64,000 bases of DNA from an uncultured bacterium (GCA_963695095.1 CAVOFT010000001.1:1792001-1856000), one strand, 5' to 3'; shown: positions 37,701 to 45,952, counted from the stretch's first letter. The notes: a model not told the origin generated them from the sequence alone. Numbers and translations are program-made.

Positions 37701-38452
37701 TCCAGCGCGGCCGGCCAGAGCGGGGTCACCGCGGCCGTGCCCTGGGGGTAGGCGCTCTGGCCCGGGTAGATGCGGCCCCCCGTCGCCGTCAAGGTGTTCG
37801 ACTGGGTGAGCTGGTGCGTGCCCAGGAACTGCACGGGCACCACGGCCTGGCCGTGGTCGAAGAGGCTGCCGCTGATGAGCTGGCTGGGACCGGGTCCCAG
37901 GTTGCCCACCGCCGCGCGCAGGGTGACGTCGTCGGCGAAGTTGGCGATGGCGACGCCGTAGGTGTCCACGGCGGTGAGCGTGATGGGGATGTCCTGGCCC
38001 ACCCACTTGTCGCCGCCCGGAACGCCGATGTTGAAGTGGTCGACGAAGGGGTAGCAGTTGATCCACTCGTAGCCCTTGGGCGCGGTGATGTCGTCGGCCG
38101 CGCGGGCCTCGAGCTGGATGCCGCTGCCGGGGGCATTGAAGACGACGTTGTCGAACTGGACCTCGCCGTTGACGATGTAGCGCGCCGGGGGCAGCGTGGC
38201 ATTGTGCGTCGCGTAGAGCTCGAAGAGCAGGGCGTTGACGCTGGTGTCCACCGTGCCGCCGGCGTTCATGGCGCGCACGCGGACGCTGAAGCCCTGTCCG
38301 ATGGTGACCGCCGGGTTGCCGTCGACCATCACGGCATCGACGACGGTGAGTTCCGTGTAGCTCCAGGCAGCGGCGCCGCCCGCGGCCAGGGCCGTCATCA
38401 GGAAGGCCAGGAGCGCGGCCTGCACGGGGCGAGCCGGGATGAACTGCGGCAT
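31742..38452 (-). CDS. Giant secreted Ig-like repeat protein (~2236 aa) with a T9SS/FlgD-like C-terminal domain; putative adhesin
   Basis: Signal peptide; seven PG[EQ]...G.P....G....V...D..[WF]N repeats; six GPP..FP.... repeats; C-terminus NRPNPF...WDGRN..G..V.NGGY...RKIAVIK. Confidence 0.88.
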   Translation of the reverse strand: MPQFIPARPVQAALLAFLMTALAAGGAAAWSYTELTVVDAVMVDGNPAVTIGQGFSVRVRAMNAGGTVDTSVNALLFELYATHNATLPPARYIVNGEVQFDNVVFNAPGSGIQLEARAADDITAPKGYEWINCYPFVDHFNIGVPGGDKWVGQDIPITLTAVDTYGVAIANFADDVTLRAAVGNLGPGPSQLISGSLFDHGQAVVPVQFLGTHQLTQSNTLTATGGRIYPGQSAYPQGTAAVTPLWPAALEGIVIVLPGETLTPGVPPGKSGSPTAQLAGIPFSGTVYAVDPWWNPVRETDPGLPFTVSYASSDGHAAVQLPPGGLMSDNMLADQVFRLITAATHSVSATASGSITDVSNSYLTVQPQSLDHFEFNYAIWDTLDVQVTTQPFDVRITARDFYENRFPFNGAVSLRVRYGAEESEDYLLSSTNVFTAGELDTDIQVTRRFFSCALVCDSGGSAASTSGYFQVDPGPLESFLVTLPGQTYAPGLSTPGFTGNLGTPNPTTAGFTVTPVVVRPVDRYFNMVGGNHFVGASSGDGYFQLPAYADNNFTVTNATTISVIFRTRGSRSLTITSSQGVSGTSSAIQVSPAAYARMAVVAPGETLAPGIFDSIEADGKLGTPNFQDAGVPFAVGVVATDGFWNPVATNDPTFPVRLQFSSSDAAATLPASGQQQSTPTGNYTVTLRTLADPNFQTVQARDLDGSQSAFTAVPLQAGVVDHFTLGINALSNPSANDPLSPIPDFVAGQALNDLTIIARDQFGNHIPTYQGTALLTVSHGADVLLPASVDFADGGTWPGSEHGVWRGSLRVYKAGQDVVLTATESAYARTGQSNPFDVLPGAYSDLLLLLPGELHTPGIGIGKAGVPYPHTAGETITAAILAVDGYFNQVATQPTVVLSSVGYSQMISANPLVLPPAGSASAQLYFRSAGDQPLVVSDVTWPARTDTSVVAIEPGPFVRLQIVAPGETPNPGGFESDGKLGTPALQTTSLQFPVIVRSVDEYWNLVPDNDEHVRLTSSDGALDAINPPNQGQNLAGGSISFPIFLIASGSVSVEANPLDNLDILPQAVTINLQQGSQYLIQAPDSARVGPPQTFAMAVSLVDSLGNPEGAANHTVQLTAFKSNLDPASGVLWVGQVTLNGGVGNLPAQAYGTVEDIIIRVSDNAGRLAYSQPIHMLTNGMEYRVALGQGANPVAGPPASFPVSVELRDVDTGTRIDADRELTIAIWAAATGAPGLGMTAITQASLEAGYAIFNESYSRAENVYLHVVDDHALIGNSAIFSVAADGYKRLQLLAPGEEVRAGIEAFLATGKEGVPDTQRSRSPFPVTVRAVDQFWNLAAATNGGALTFSATDNSVGADNPSDMGAPFVNGRRTFQIYLDSEGQVDLSVWDAANPAPPGQTVSIPVNPGYEFQLTLPDLSPHTGYPGFQMIVEMIDPVTGDPAPDANQSFTIAALYPNFGVAAGNLAITAETLAAGVRVINGQQYDRVESIILRVMDDYGRVGYSPILTMQPGGLGYALTVPDTATVGGPADFPVTVRLLDLGTGLVVASQDTIFSVDVYSGQTGQLGVGAWSVGSGVLADGVANFNQTYTGAGHIYLRVHDARGVVGTSNSIVMRPDGYKRLQLIAPGETPQPGASSPTGKTGTPRLQQAEVPFMVQVRATDQYWNLNDGFNAGTITLSSSEGSVTAGNPTNNGTALIGGVGDYELILHNQGNVTLFVEDLANPVVLAHAVDIPVGEAHYEISVPAQAQAGPPASWPMTVRLVRNDGTLITVANEEVTLTALAPNQGPALGALGVTAGVLAAGELSIVGQTYPVVEDIVIRVSDGRGRSSTSGIIHMVPESVAYRVTTPVSATVGPPATFPVTIELVDTSTGQRVTSDDRSFTIAAVNHNTGQPGAGNLALSGGTTAQGLVTITESYTAAEAIYLQITDDQGLVVFSDPIQVHAGPPASLTIAANPLSLEPGQAATLTATVSDLFGNRVLAEAVAFTMIAGDGQLAADSVLTGNLGTAGNSVRVLEGGRADIIVQVAVRALPTRVVEIAVIGPPITTLSVLGSSAATDQGLLLLPETELRLSSSSEIGVDQTYWDVDLGGEAQPARVYTDLLRFADLGVSEYGEHTLSFYATDIHGNREAVQHVTLVFGTALAPERPLSNRPNPFQAGREETVILFIARADGTAVLRIHDHFGNLVWTHELATGAGQTYQVPWDGRNGRGEVVGNGGYLCTVRTGGQLLQRKIAVIK

Positions 38453-38579
38453 CGAAGGCCTCCACAGGGCGATGCGGTTGGAACCTCGCGCATCCGGGTC
38501 GGCGAGGAGTGACCACCTGCTTCCAGCGCTGCCCGCTGGCGGCGACGAGGCCGCGGAACGGGCGCTCGACCGGCTGGAC

Positions 38580-38595
38580 TGCAACAGGTATGCCA
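38580..38595 (-). promoter_or_regulatory. sigma54 promoter of the giant-protein/Ton operon
   Basis: Minus strand TGGCAT-ACCTG-TTGCA, near consensus, ~130 nt upstream of the start. Confidence 0.75.
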
Positions 38596-38814
38596 TCGGG
38601 GAAGTCGCGTTCTTGCAAGGCCTTGCGCGGGATGATTCGGAGGGATCAGAAGTGCCAGGGTCGGCTGGGGCCCGCTGACGCCGCCCTCGCCGCCGGCGGT
38701 GCCGCTCTCCATTTGCACGATGGCGCCGAATCCTCTGGACCCGCGGCTGCATCCGATCGAGCGTGCGTGGGCGCGGCGGCCGCCCGCGCTGGGCCCTATC
38801 GAGAAGGAAGCCTC

Positions 38815-39729
38815 ATGCCGACACCGTCGCTTGCCGTCTTGGGACGCCTGCTGCTCGCAGCCGGCCTGCTGCTGGCCGGCGGACCGGCCGCCGCCGCTCT
38901 GATCCAGGCGCCGGGAGCGGCGGGCTCGCTGCAGGGGGCCCTGGACAGCGCCGTCGCCGGCGATGTCGTGCTCGTCGCGGCGGGGCACCATGCGGAGGGC
39001 GCGGCGCTGGTCCTGCGCGAGGGGATCACCCTGCGGGGCGCGGGCAGCAAGCCCGCGGACACGGTGCTGTCAGGGGCCTACATGCACCAGATCCTCAGCG
39101 TCGGCGGCGAGGGCTCGGTCGGCATCGAGAATCTCACGCTGGCGGACGGCTTCGCCCTCAGGGGCGCCGGTCTTTCGGTGTCCGGCGCCGAGCTGCGTCT
39201 CGATGGCGTGCACTTCCTGCGCAACGCTGCGGCCGGCGACGGCGGCGCCGTCTACGCCGTCGGCGCGGGCCTGCAGATCACGAATTGCCTCTTCTTCGCC
39301 AACTATGCCTCCAGCGGCAGCGGCGCGGCCCTGCACATCCAGGGCTCGGGGCCGGCGGGCAGCCTGCAGCGCATCGAGTACTCGACCTTCGCCGCCAATG
39401 CCGGTTGCTGCGGCGGGCGCTCGCTGGTCCTGGCCGACTGCCAGGTGGAGATTTCGCACAGCATCCTGGAGGACGTGGCCTGCCTGGCGGGCGGCGCGCC
39501 CGTGATGAGCTGCAACAACGGCAGCGTCTGCGGCACGGACGCGGGCGGCAACTTCATCGCCGACCCGCGCTACTGCGGCTTTGAAGAGGCGGATTGCCGC
39601 CTGGAGCCCGACTCGCCCTGCCTGGCCGTCAACAACCCCGAGTGCGGCCAGATCGGCGCCTTCGGCGCCTGCGCGCTGACGGCCGTCGCGCCCAGCAGCT
39701 TCAGCGCCATCAAGTCGCTGTACCGCTAG
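38815..39729 (+). CDS. Secreted parallel beta-helix (pectin-lyase-fold / Pmp-like) protein with conserved C-terminal tail (..TAVAPSSFSAIKSLYR)
   Basis: Signal peptide; GD.V.V..G; FxxN and GGA repeats; GNFIADP..C...L...SPC. Confidence 0.8.
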   Translation: MPTPSLAVLGRLLLAAGLLLAGGPAAAALIQAPGAAGSLQGALDSAVAGDVVLVAAGHHAEGAALVLREGITLRGAGSKPADTVLSGAYMHQILSVGGEGSVGIENLTLADGFALRGAGLSVSGAELRLDGVHFLRNAAAGDGGAVYAVGAGLQITNCLFFANYASSGSGAALHIQGSGPAGSLQRIEYSTFAANAGCCGGRSLVLADCQVEISHSILEDVACLAGGAPVMSCNNGSVCGTDAGGNFIADPRYCGFEEADCRLEPDSPCLAVNNPECGQIGAFGACALTAVAPSSFSAIKSLYR

Positions 39730-40309
39730 CCGCAGCGCGCGCCGCCGCGCCCGCCGCGCTCAGGCGCAGGCGGGGCGAGCGCCGGCCCAGCCATTCCATC
39801 CCCAGCGCGAGCGCCATTCCCCAGGCCCAGCCGGCCGCGACGTCCAGCGGGTAGTGCACCCCGACGTGCACGCGGCTATAGGCGACGAGGATGGGCAGCG
39901 CCAGCGCGGCCCAGCGGCGGCGCCAGCCGGCCAGGCCGAGGGCGAGGAAGCTGCCGGCGGCGCCCATGTTGGCGGCATGCGAGCTGGGGAAGCTGAAGCC
40001 CGGGCCGCAGTCGACGAGGAGGCGCAGGCCTGGCAGCGCATCGTGGCAGGGCCGGGCGCGCGCGAAGGCGTCCTTGAGCCACTGGCTGGCGCTCCAGTCG
40101 CTGAGGGCGATGAGGGGCAGCAGCCAGAGCGCGCGCAGGCGCCAGCGGGGCCCGCAGAAAAGGAGGATGAGCAACCAGAGCGCGAGCAGCGGTATGCGCA
40201 GGGGCTCGTCGCGGGTGATGAAGACGAAGAAGGCGTCGAGCCAGCGCGGCCAGTGCGGCGCATTGAGCAACTCGAACAGGGCACGATCGAGGGCGAGCAG
40301 CCGCTCCAC
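39710..40309 (-). CDS. PAP2 family phosphatase
   Basis: K...R.RP, SFPSSHA, SRVHVGVHYP.D. Confidence 0.92.
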   Translation of the reverse strand: MERLLALDRALFELLNAPHWPRWLDAFFVFITRDEPLRIPLLALWLLILLFCGPRWRLRALWLLPLIALSDWSASQWLKDAFARARPCHDALPGLRLLVDCGPGFSFPSSHAANMGAAGSFLALGLAGWRRRWAALALPILVAYSRVHVGVHYPLDVAAGWAWGMALALGMEWLGRRSPRLRLSAAGAAARAAASGTAT

Positions 40310-40367
40310 GGGCAGCCTCTCCGGGCTTGATCATGAGGGGCGAGGCGCCCGCCTGCTGCGGGTCAGG

Positions 40368-40451
40368 TGCCGGAGGTCGGGCTCGAACCGACATGACCTT
40401 GCGGCCGGGGGATTTTGAGTCCCCTGCGTCTACCGATTTCACCACTCCGGC
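40368..40451 (-). tRNA. tRNA-Leu (CAA)
   Basis: GCCGGAG acceptor stem, CT-CAA-AA anticodon loop, long variable arm, GGTTCGAG T-loop; CCA not encoded. Confidence 0.96.
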
Positions 40452-40460
40452 GGTGGGCCG

Positions 40461-40488
40461 AGCATAGCAGTCCCGCCCCTGCTGTCAA
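40461..40488 (-). promoter_or_regulatory. sigma70 promoter of tRNA-Leu
   Basis: TTGACA-N16-TATGCT. Confidence 0.65.
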
Positions 40489-40497
40489 GCCGGGGCG

Positions 40498-41082
40498 CTA
40501 GGCGCCGCCGCTCTCTCGCCAGGGGGCGAGGGCGCGCGGCGGCCCCAGCACTTCGGCCAGCACCACGGCGCGCCGCCAGCCCCGGCTGCCGGGTGGAATG
40601 AAATGGCTCGGCTGCCGCCGCGTGACGGTGGGCACCGCCGCCAGCTTCCGCACCACCGGCTGCTCGATGGCTTGCTCGCGGTCGCGCAGGATGGAGGCTG
40701 CGGCGGCGCGCTGCTGCTCCTCATCGGCGAGGAAGCGTTGCCAGTCGGCACCCGGCGAGACGTCCCAGGTGCCGCGCTCGGCGGGACTGCCCTCGACGAG
40801 TTCCGGCCGCGCCTCGGCGTCGGTGAGGCCCTCCTCGGCGAAGCTGGGCCGGCGCGTGCTCGCCGGCGCCGGAGGGGGCGCCGGCGAACTCGTGGGGGCG
40901 CCGAGCTTCTCGGCGAGGCTCTCGAGCCAGGGCGGCAGTTCCTGCTCGGCCACCGGCGGCGGAGCCTCGGCGCTCCGGCGGCGCTGGGGCGCCGCCGGAG
41001 CTGCGGGTTTGCCCTGCTTGGCCAGGCGCCGGATGATGCCGGGCAGGGCCAAGATGAGGAGCAGGAAGAGGATCTGCTCCAC
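40498..41082 (-). CDS. Membrane-anchored hypothetical protein (YqfB-like position after floA)
   Basis: N-terminal TM; C-terminal WRRAVVLAEVLGPPRA. Confidence 0.75.
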   Translation of the reverse strand: MEQILFLLLILALPGIIRRLAKQGKPAAPAAPQRRRSAEAPPPVAEQELPPWLESLAEKLGAPTSSPAPPPAPASTRRPSFAEEGLTDAEARPELVEGSPAERGTWDVSPGADWQRFLADEEQQRAAAASILRDREQAIEQPVVRKLAAVPTVTRRQPSHFIPPGSRGWRRAVVLAEVLGPPRALAPWRESGGA

Positions 41083-41085
41083 GGC

Positions 41086-42099
41086 CTAGGCTCCGGGCTT
41101 CTTGTCGCTGTCGGGCTTCTCGTCGCCGGCGATGGAGTCGCGCATGGCCGTGTCGCTCTGGATGTTCTTCATCCGGTAGTAGTCCATGATGCCCAGGTTG
41201 CCGTTCCGGAAGGCCTCGGCCATGGCCCGCGGCACCTCGGCCTCGGCCTCGACCACGTGGGCCCGCATCTCGACCACGCGGGCGCGCATCTCCTGCTCGA
41301 CGGCCACGGCCATCGCGCGGCGCTCCTCGGCCTTGGCCTGGGCGATGCGCTTGTCCGCCTCGGCCTGATCGGTCTGCAGCTGGGCGCCGATGTTCTTGCC
41401 CACGTCCACGTCCGCGATGTCGATCGAGAGGATCTCGAAGGCGGTGCCCGAGTCCAGACCCTTGGCGAGCACGGTCTTGGAGATGTTGTCCGGGTTCTCG
41501 AGCACGGCCTTGTGGCTGGCCGCGGAGCCGATGGTGGAGACGATGCCCTCGCCCACGCGGGCGAGGATGGTCTCCTCGCCGGCGCCGCCGACGAGCCGGT
41601 CGATGTTGGCGCGCACGGTGACGCGGGCGATGGCGATCAGCTGGATGCCGTCCTTGGCCATCGCGGCCACCTTCGGCGTCGTGATCACCTTGGGGTTGAC
41701 GCTCACCTGCACGGCCTCGAGCACGTTGCGGCCGGCCAGGTCGATGGCGGTGGCCCGCTTGAAGCCGAGCTCGATGTTGGCCTTGTCGGCGCTGATCAGG
41801 GCGTTGACCACCAGGGTCACGTTGCCGCCGGCCAGGTAGTGGCTCTCCAGGTCGTTGACCTGCAGGCTGAGGCCGGCCTTGGTGGCGGCGATCAGGGGCC
41901 GGATGATGTCCGGCGGACTCACCTTGCGCAGGCGCATGCCGACGAGGGTGAAGAGATTCACCCGGACGCCGCTGAAGAAGGCCGTGATCCACAGGCCGAC
42001 CGGAATGAAGTAGGTGAACAGGATCAGGCCGACGATGATGAGGCCGACCACGAGGAAGAGCATCAGCTCGGTCGCGATCGCGAAGAGGGGCAGGAACAT
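41086..42099 (-). CDS. floA: Flotillin-like protein FloA (YqfA)
   Basis: [47 protein letters not shown]. Confidence 0.95.
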   Translation of the reverse strand: MFLPLFAIATELMLFLVVGLIIVGLILFTYFIPVGLWITAFFSGVRVNLFTLVGMRLRKVSPPDIIRPLIAATKAGLSLQVNDLESHYLAGGNVTLVVNALISADKANIELGFKRATAIDLAGRNVLEAVQVSVNPKVITTPKVAAMAKDGIQLIAIARVTVRANIDRLVGGAGEETILARVGEGIVSTIGSAASHKAVLENPDNISKTVLAKGLDSGTAFEILSIDIADVDVGKNIGAQLQTDQAEADKRIAQAKAEERRAMAVAVEQEMRARVVEMRAHVVEAEAEVPRAMAEAFRNGNLGIMDYYRMKNIQSDTAMRDSIAGDEKPDSDKKPGA

Positions 42100-42128
42100 C
42101 ACGCTCCTTTGCTTGGGTAGGGGCGAGC

Positions 42129-43551
42129 CTAGGCCTCGCCGGTTTCGAGGCGTTCGACGACGACGCGGTTGCCCTTGATCTCGATCACCTTCACCTGCGC
42201 GCCGCGGGCGATGTAGTCGCCGGAAGTGATGACGTCCAGACGCCGGCCCTCGAGTTCGATGACGCCGGCCGGGCGCAGATCCGTCAGGCTGCGGCCCACC
42301 TTGCCCAGGAGGGGCTCGCCCTCGTGGCTGTCGGCATGGTAGCCGATCGGCGTGATCCTGGCGATCTTCCAGCACGATGGCGCCCATCCAGCGGGCCTGG
42401 GGCAGGAACTTGAGCAGGCTGAGGAAGAGGCCCAGGGTGACGGCGAAGGAGATGATCGAGCAGCATCAAGGCGGCCCGGATCTCCGGCATGCCGCCGTGC
42501 GGGGAGACGCGACTGAGCAGCAAGTCCGGCGACGAGCATCACGATGCCGGCGATGCCGGTGACGCCGAAGCCGGGGATGACGAAGATCTCGAGCACGATC
42601 AGGAGCAGCCCGCCGAGGAAGAGGAGCAGCTCGACATTGCCGGCCATGCTGACCAGGTAGTGGCTGCCGAAGTAGAGCGCGAGGCAGATGACCCCGATCA
42701 GGCCGGGGATGCCCAGGCCCGGCGTGCGCAGCTCGAGCAGGAGGGCGAGGCCGCCGATCGATAGCAGCAGGCCGGCCAGGATGGGATGGGTCAGGAAGCG
42801 CACGAGCCCCTCGGACCAGGTCGGGCTGGCGCGCACGACGCGGCGCTCTTCCCAGCCCATCAGCCTCGAGCAGCGCGCCGCGGTCGGCGACGATGCTGTC
42901 GGCGATGCCCAGCTCCAGGGCCTCGTGCCCGGTGAGCGTGAGCAGCTTGCCGGCGGCCACCACATCCGCGATTGCGATGTCGGCGTCCACCATGGCCTCG
43001 GCGATGCGGGGGTCGCGGCCCGTGGCCTCGGCGGTGGCGCGCATCTCGCCGCGCATGTAGGAGACGGTCTTCTCGCCGGTGGGCGTGCTCTCGCCGCCGG
43101 GACCGATCTGCACGGGCTGGGCGGCGCCGATGGACGCGCCTTCGCTCATGATCAGCGTGCGCGCCGCCAGGCTGATCAGCGCGCCGGCGCTGATCGCCCG
43201 CCCCGAGACCCAGGCCACCGTGGGCAGCTCGCTGGCGAGGATGGCGTCGCGGATGCGCACGGCGGCGTCGATGCGGCCGCCGAAGGTGTCCACGCGCAGG
43301 AGGACGGCGTCGGCGCCGCCCGCCTCGGCCTCGGCGATGGCCCGCTCGACGAAGGGCGCGAGGCCCATCTCGATGGTGCCGGTGATGGGGATCTCGGTCA
43401 CGCGCAGGGCGCCGTAGCCTGGCGGCCGGCTCTCCTCAGCGCGCGCTGCGCCGAAGACGCCGGCGCCGATGGCGAGCAGGGCGACGGCGATCCGCGCGAG
43501 GTAGCTGCACCGGCGACGCGCTCGCGGGCGCTCAAGGATACCGGTTGGCAT
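42129..43551 (-). pseudogene. nfeD: NfeD/YqeZ family membrane serine protease, frameshifted (pseudogene or sequencing error)
   Basis: DTFGG, AISAGALI, GAAQP, LLTLT, C-terminal TDLRPAG; reading frame broken by four apparent +1 insertions. Confidence 0.85.
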
Positions 43552-43570
43552 TCCAAACCCCCTTGGCCTC

Positions 43571-43599
43571 TTGACTTTGCACCGGACGCTGCCTACTCT
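43571..43599 (+). promoter_or_regulatory. sigma70 promoter of tRNA-Ala
   Basis: TTGACT-N17-TACTCT. Confidence 0.65.
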
Positions 43600-43611
43600 G
43601 CAAGCCGTTTC

Positions 43612-43684
43612 GGGGCCGTAGCTCAGCTGGGAGAGCGCATGACTGGCAGTCATGAGGTCAGGGGTTCGATCCCCCTCGGCTCCA
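43612..43684 (+). tRNA. tRNA-Ala (GGC)
   Basis: GGGGCCG acceptor with G3:U70, CT-GGC-AG anticodon loop, GGTTCGATCC; CCA not encoded. Confidence 0.97.
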
Positions 43685-43955
43685 CCCGCTTCATCGACGA
43701 GGTTCTTCCGCGAGGCGTGTGCGGATGGACCTCTTTTCATTGCTAGCCGGCCGCGGCGATTCCAGGTAACAGCGCCCTTACCGCCGGCTCGGGGTCGCAT
43801 TCACTTCGCGAGTGCAAACTCCTGCTCCAGACCGAGAATCGCCCACGGAGGGCTTCGGCGCGCCCGATCCCAGGGAATCGCGGCGAGGCCCTGCTTGCAT
43901 CCGGCAGCCGCCTCGCCTAGGCTCCCGAGCGCCGCCAGCCCGCGCAAGGAGGCCC

Positions 43956-45191
43956 ATGTCCGCAGCGACCCCGCCGCTCATCCTGTTCGAAGCAGCCGGC
44001 ATCGAGGCCTTCGGCCCGCCCGTTGCCCTCAGGCCCGTCTGGGAGCTGCGCCTCGGCGCGCGCACACTCGCCGAGCGCTGCGCGGCGATCTGGCCGGCGG
44101 GGGCGCTCTACTACTGGCCGCGGCCGCGCTTGCGCGGCCTCTGTCCCGAAGCGCCCGCTGCTGTCTTCGCGGCGCCGCGCGTCCTGCTCCTCGCCGGCAA
44201 TCAGATGATGACCGCTCCGGAGGCGGCCAGCCTGCTCGCCGGCTTGGGGCCGGGCGAGAGCCTGCGCGCGGGGGAGCGCGAGGTCGCGCTCTGCCTCAGC
44301 GGCGCCGAGGCCAGGGAGTGGCTCGGCGCTCTCGCCGATGGGGCGGCCGTCTGGCCGGCGCCCGCCGCCGAGCCGCGGGAGAGCGCCCTGGGTCCGCTCG
44401 TCGACTACTGGTGGGAGCTCTATGCCCTCGCGCCGCGCGCGATGGCCGACGACCAGATCTCGCTGCTGGCTGCGGGCGACTGGCAGCGGTGCGCGGCTTC
44501 CGGCGGGGGCGAGTGCTATCTGGCCCCGGGCGCCGAGCTGGGCCCCGGGGCCGTCATCGATGCCGGCGCCGGCCCCGTGCTCCTGGATCGCGACGTGAAG
44601 GTGGGCGCGCTCAGCGTCGTGGCGGGCCCCTGCTACCTGGGCCCCGGCACGCGGACGAAGCCGCACACGCAGCTGCACGGCGTCTTTGCCGGCCCCCAGT
44701 GCCGGCTGGGCGGCGAGGTCGAGGAGACGCAGCTGCAGGGCTACGCCAACAAGCAGCACCACGGCTTCCTCGGCCACGCCGTGGTCGGCGAATGGGTGAA
44801 CCTGGGCGCCGGGGCCACGAACAGCGATCTAAAGAACAACTACTCCGGCGTGCGCGTGGAGCAGGGCGGCCGCCGGCTGGAGAGCCAGCAGCGCTTCCTC
44901 GGCAGCTGCCTGGGCGATCACGTGAAGATCGGGATCCAGGCGCGGCTGAGCACGGGCACCGTGCTCGAGCCCTTCACCAACTGGTTCGGCGGCGACTTCC
45001 CGCCCAAGGGGCTGCCGCCCTTCAGCTGGGGCGGCGACGGCCTGCTCGTGGAGCACGCGCTCGACAAGGCCCTGGCCACGGCGGCCATCGCCATGGGCCG
45101 GCGGGGCGTGGAATTGAGCCCGGCCGCCGCGGCCGTGGCGCAGTCGCTCTTCGCGGCCAGCGCCCCCTGGCGGCGCGAGCGCCTCGGCTGA
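43956..45191 (+). CDS. Putative sugar nucleotidyltransferase-like protein with hexapeptide repeats (GlmU-related)
   Basis: RPVWELRLG..TL.ER, GPV.L, GGEVE, NK.H.GFLGH, NLGAG.TNSDLKNNY. Confidence 0.85.
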   Translation: MSAATPPLILFEAAGIEAFGPPVALRPVWELRLGARTLAERCAAIWPAGALYYWPRPRLRGLCPEAPAAVFAAPRVLLLAGNQMMTAPEAASLLAGLGPGESLRAGEREVALCLSGAEAREWLGALADGAAVWPAPAAEPRESALGPLVDYWWELYALAPRAMADDQISLLAAGDWQRCAASGGGECYLAPGAELGPGAVIDAGAGPVLLDRDVKVGALSVVAGPCYLGPGTRTKPHTQLHGVFAGPQCRLGGEVEETQLQGYANKQHHGFLGHAVVGEWVNLGAGATNSDLKNNYSGVRVEQGGRRLESQQRFLGSCLGDHVKIGIQARLSTGTVLEPFTNWFGGDFPPKGLPPFSWGGDGLLVEHALDKALATAAIAMGRRGVELSPAAAAVAQSLFAASAPWRRERLG

Positions 45192-45545
45192 GGAGCCGGC
45201 GGCAAGCTCTGCGCAGCCCCGTCGCAAAATGCCAGACCCCGGTGGATGCGCGCCGGCGCCGGGCGCCGCGCGCCAGCGCGGCGCTCCGGCTTCAAGTCCA
45301 TTGTCGATAAGAGCTTGCTTCGCCCGGGCAGGGACTGGGCGCCGCCGGCCGGGGACGGGTCCGCCCTGGCCCTGGATTTGATAAGACGCCTGCGAACGCA
45401 TTGCCCTGCCCAGTGCGAGAAAGCCAGACCGGGGGCCCAATCTCACTTCTCGTGTGCTGCGCTTCTCCGTGTTTGGTGCTACGCCGTGGGCGGGGTTTTT
45501 CATTGCCGGCGGCCTGGCGCCGGCTTTTCTCATTCCGCTTAGGGT

Positions 45546-45574
45546 TTGACAAACGCAAGTCCGGCTGATACCTT
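45546..45574 (+). promoter_or_regulatory. sigma70 promoter of the HU/IHF gene
   Basis: TTGACA-N17-TACCTT. Confidence 0.7.
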
Positions 45575-45649
45575 GGGTTGCGTCTTTCGGATGGAGGGGC
45601 CCAACGCGGTGAGACCGCCGCGGCCACGGGTGCCTCGAGAAGGGGGAGC

Positions 45650-45952
45650 ATGACCAAGGCCGACCTCGTGGAGGAAATCTCCGCTCGCGTCAATCTGAGT
45701 AAGAAAGACACCGGGATCGTGGTCAACCTGGTCCTCGACAACATCAGTATGGCGCTCTCGCGCGGAGACAAAGTGGAATTACGCGGCTTCGGCAGTTTCC
45801 GGGTGAAGCAGCGCCGCAGCCGGCGCGCCCGCAATCCGCGCACCGGCACCTCCGTCTCCGTGCCCGCCAAACTCGTGCCCTTCTTCAAGGCCTCCAACGA
45901 GTTGAAGACCCTCGTCAACGGCGACGACGCGGGCGCCGGGGGCGCCAACTAG
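45650..45952 (+). CDS. HU/IHF family DNA-binding protein
   Basis: MTKADLV, VELRGFGSF, ARNPRTG, VPFFK. Confidence 0.95.
   Translation: MTKADLVEEISARVNLSKKDTGIVVNLVLDNISMALSRGDKVELRGFGSFRVKQRRSRRARNPRTGTSVSVPAKLVPFFKASNELKTLVNGDDAGAGGAN

Noticed and set aside
31775..38512. Very long plus-strand ORFs (1441 and 798 aa) and similar antisense ORFs across the window
   Set aside because: Shadow frames of real genes in high-GC DNA; no recognisable motifs
45192..45545. Possible ncRNA or riboswitch upstream of the HU/IHF gene
   Set aside because: Only a short repeated GCCAGACC; no recognisable structure or family
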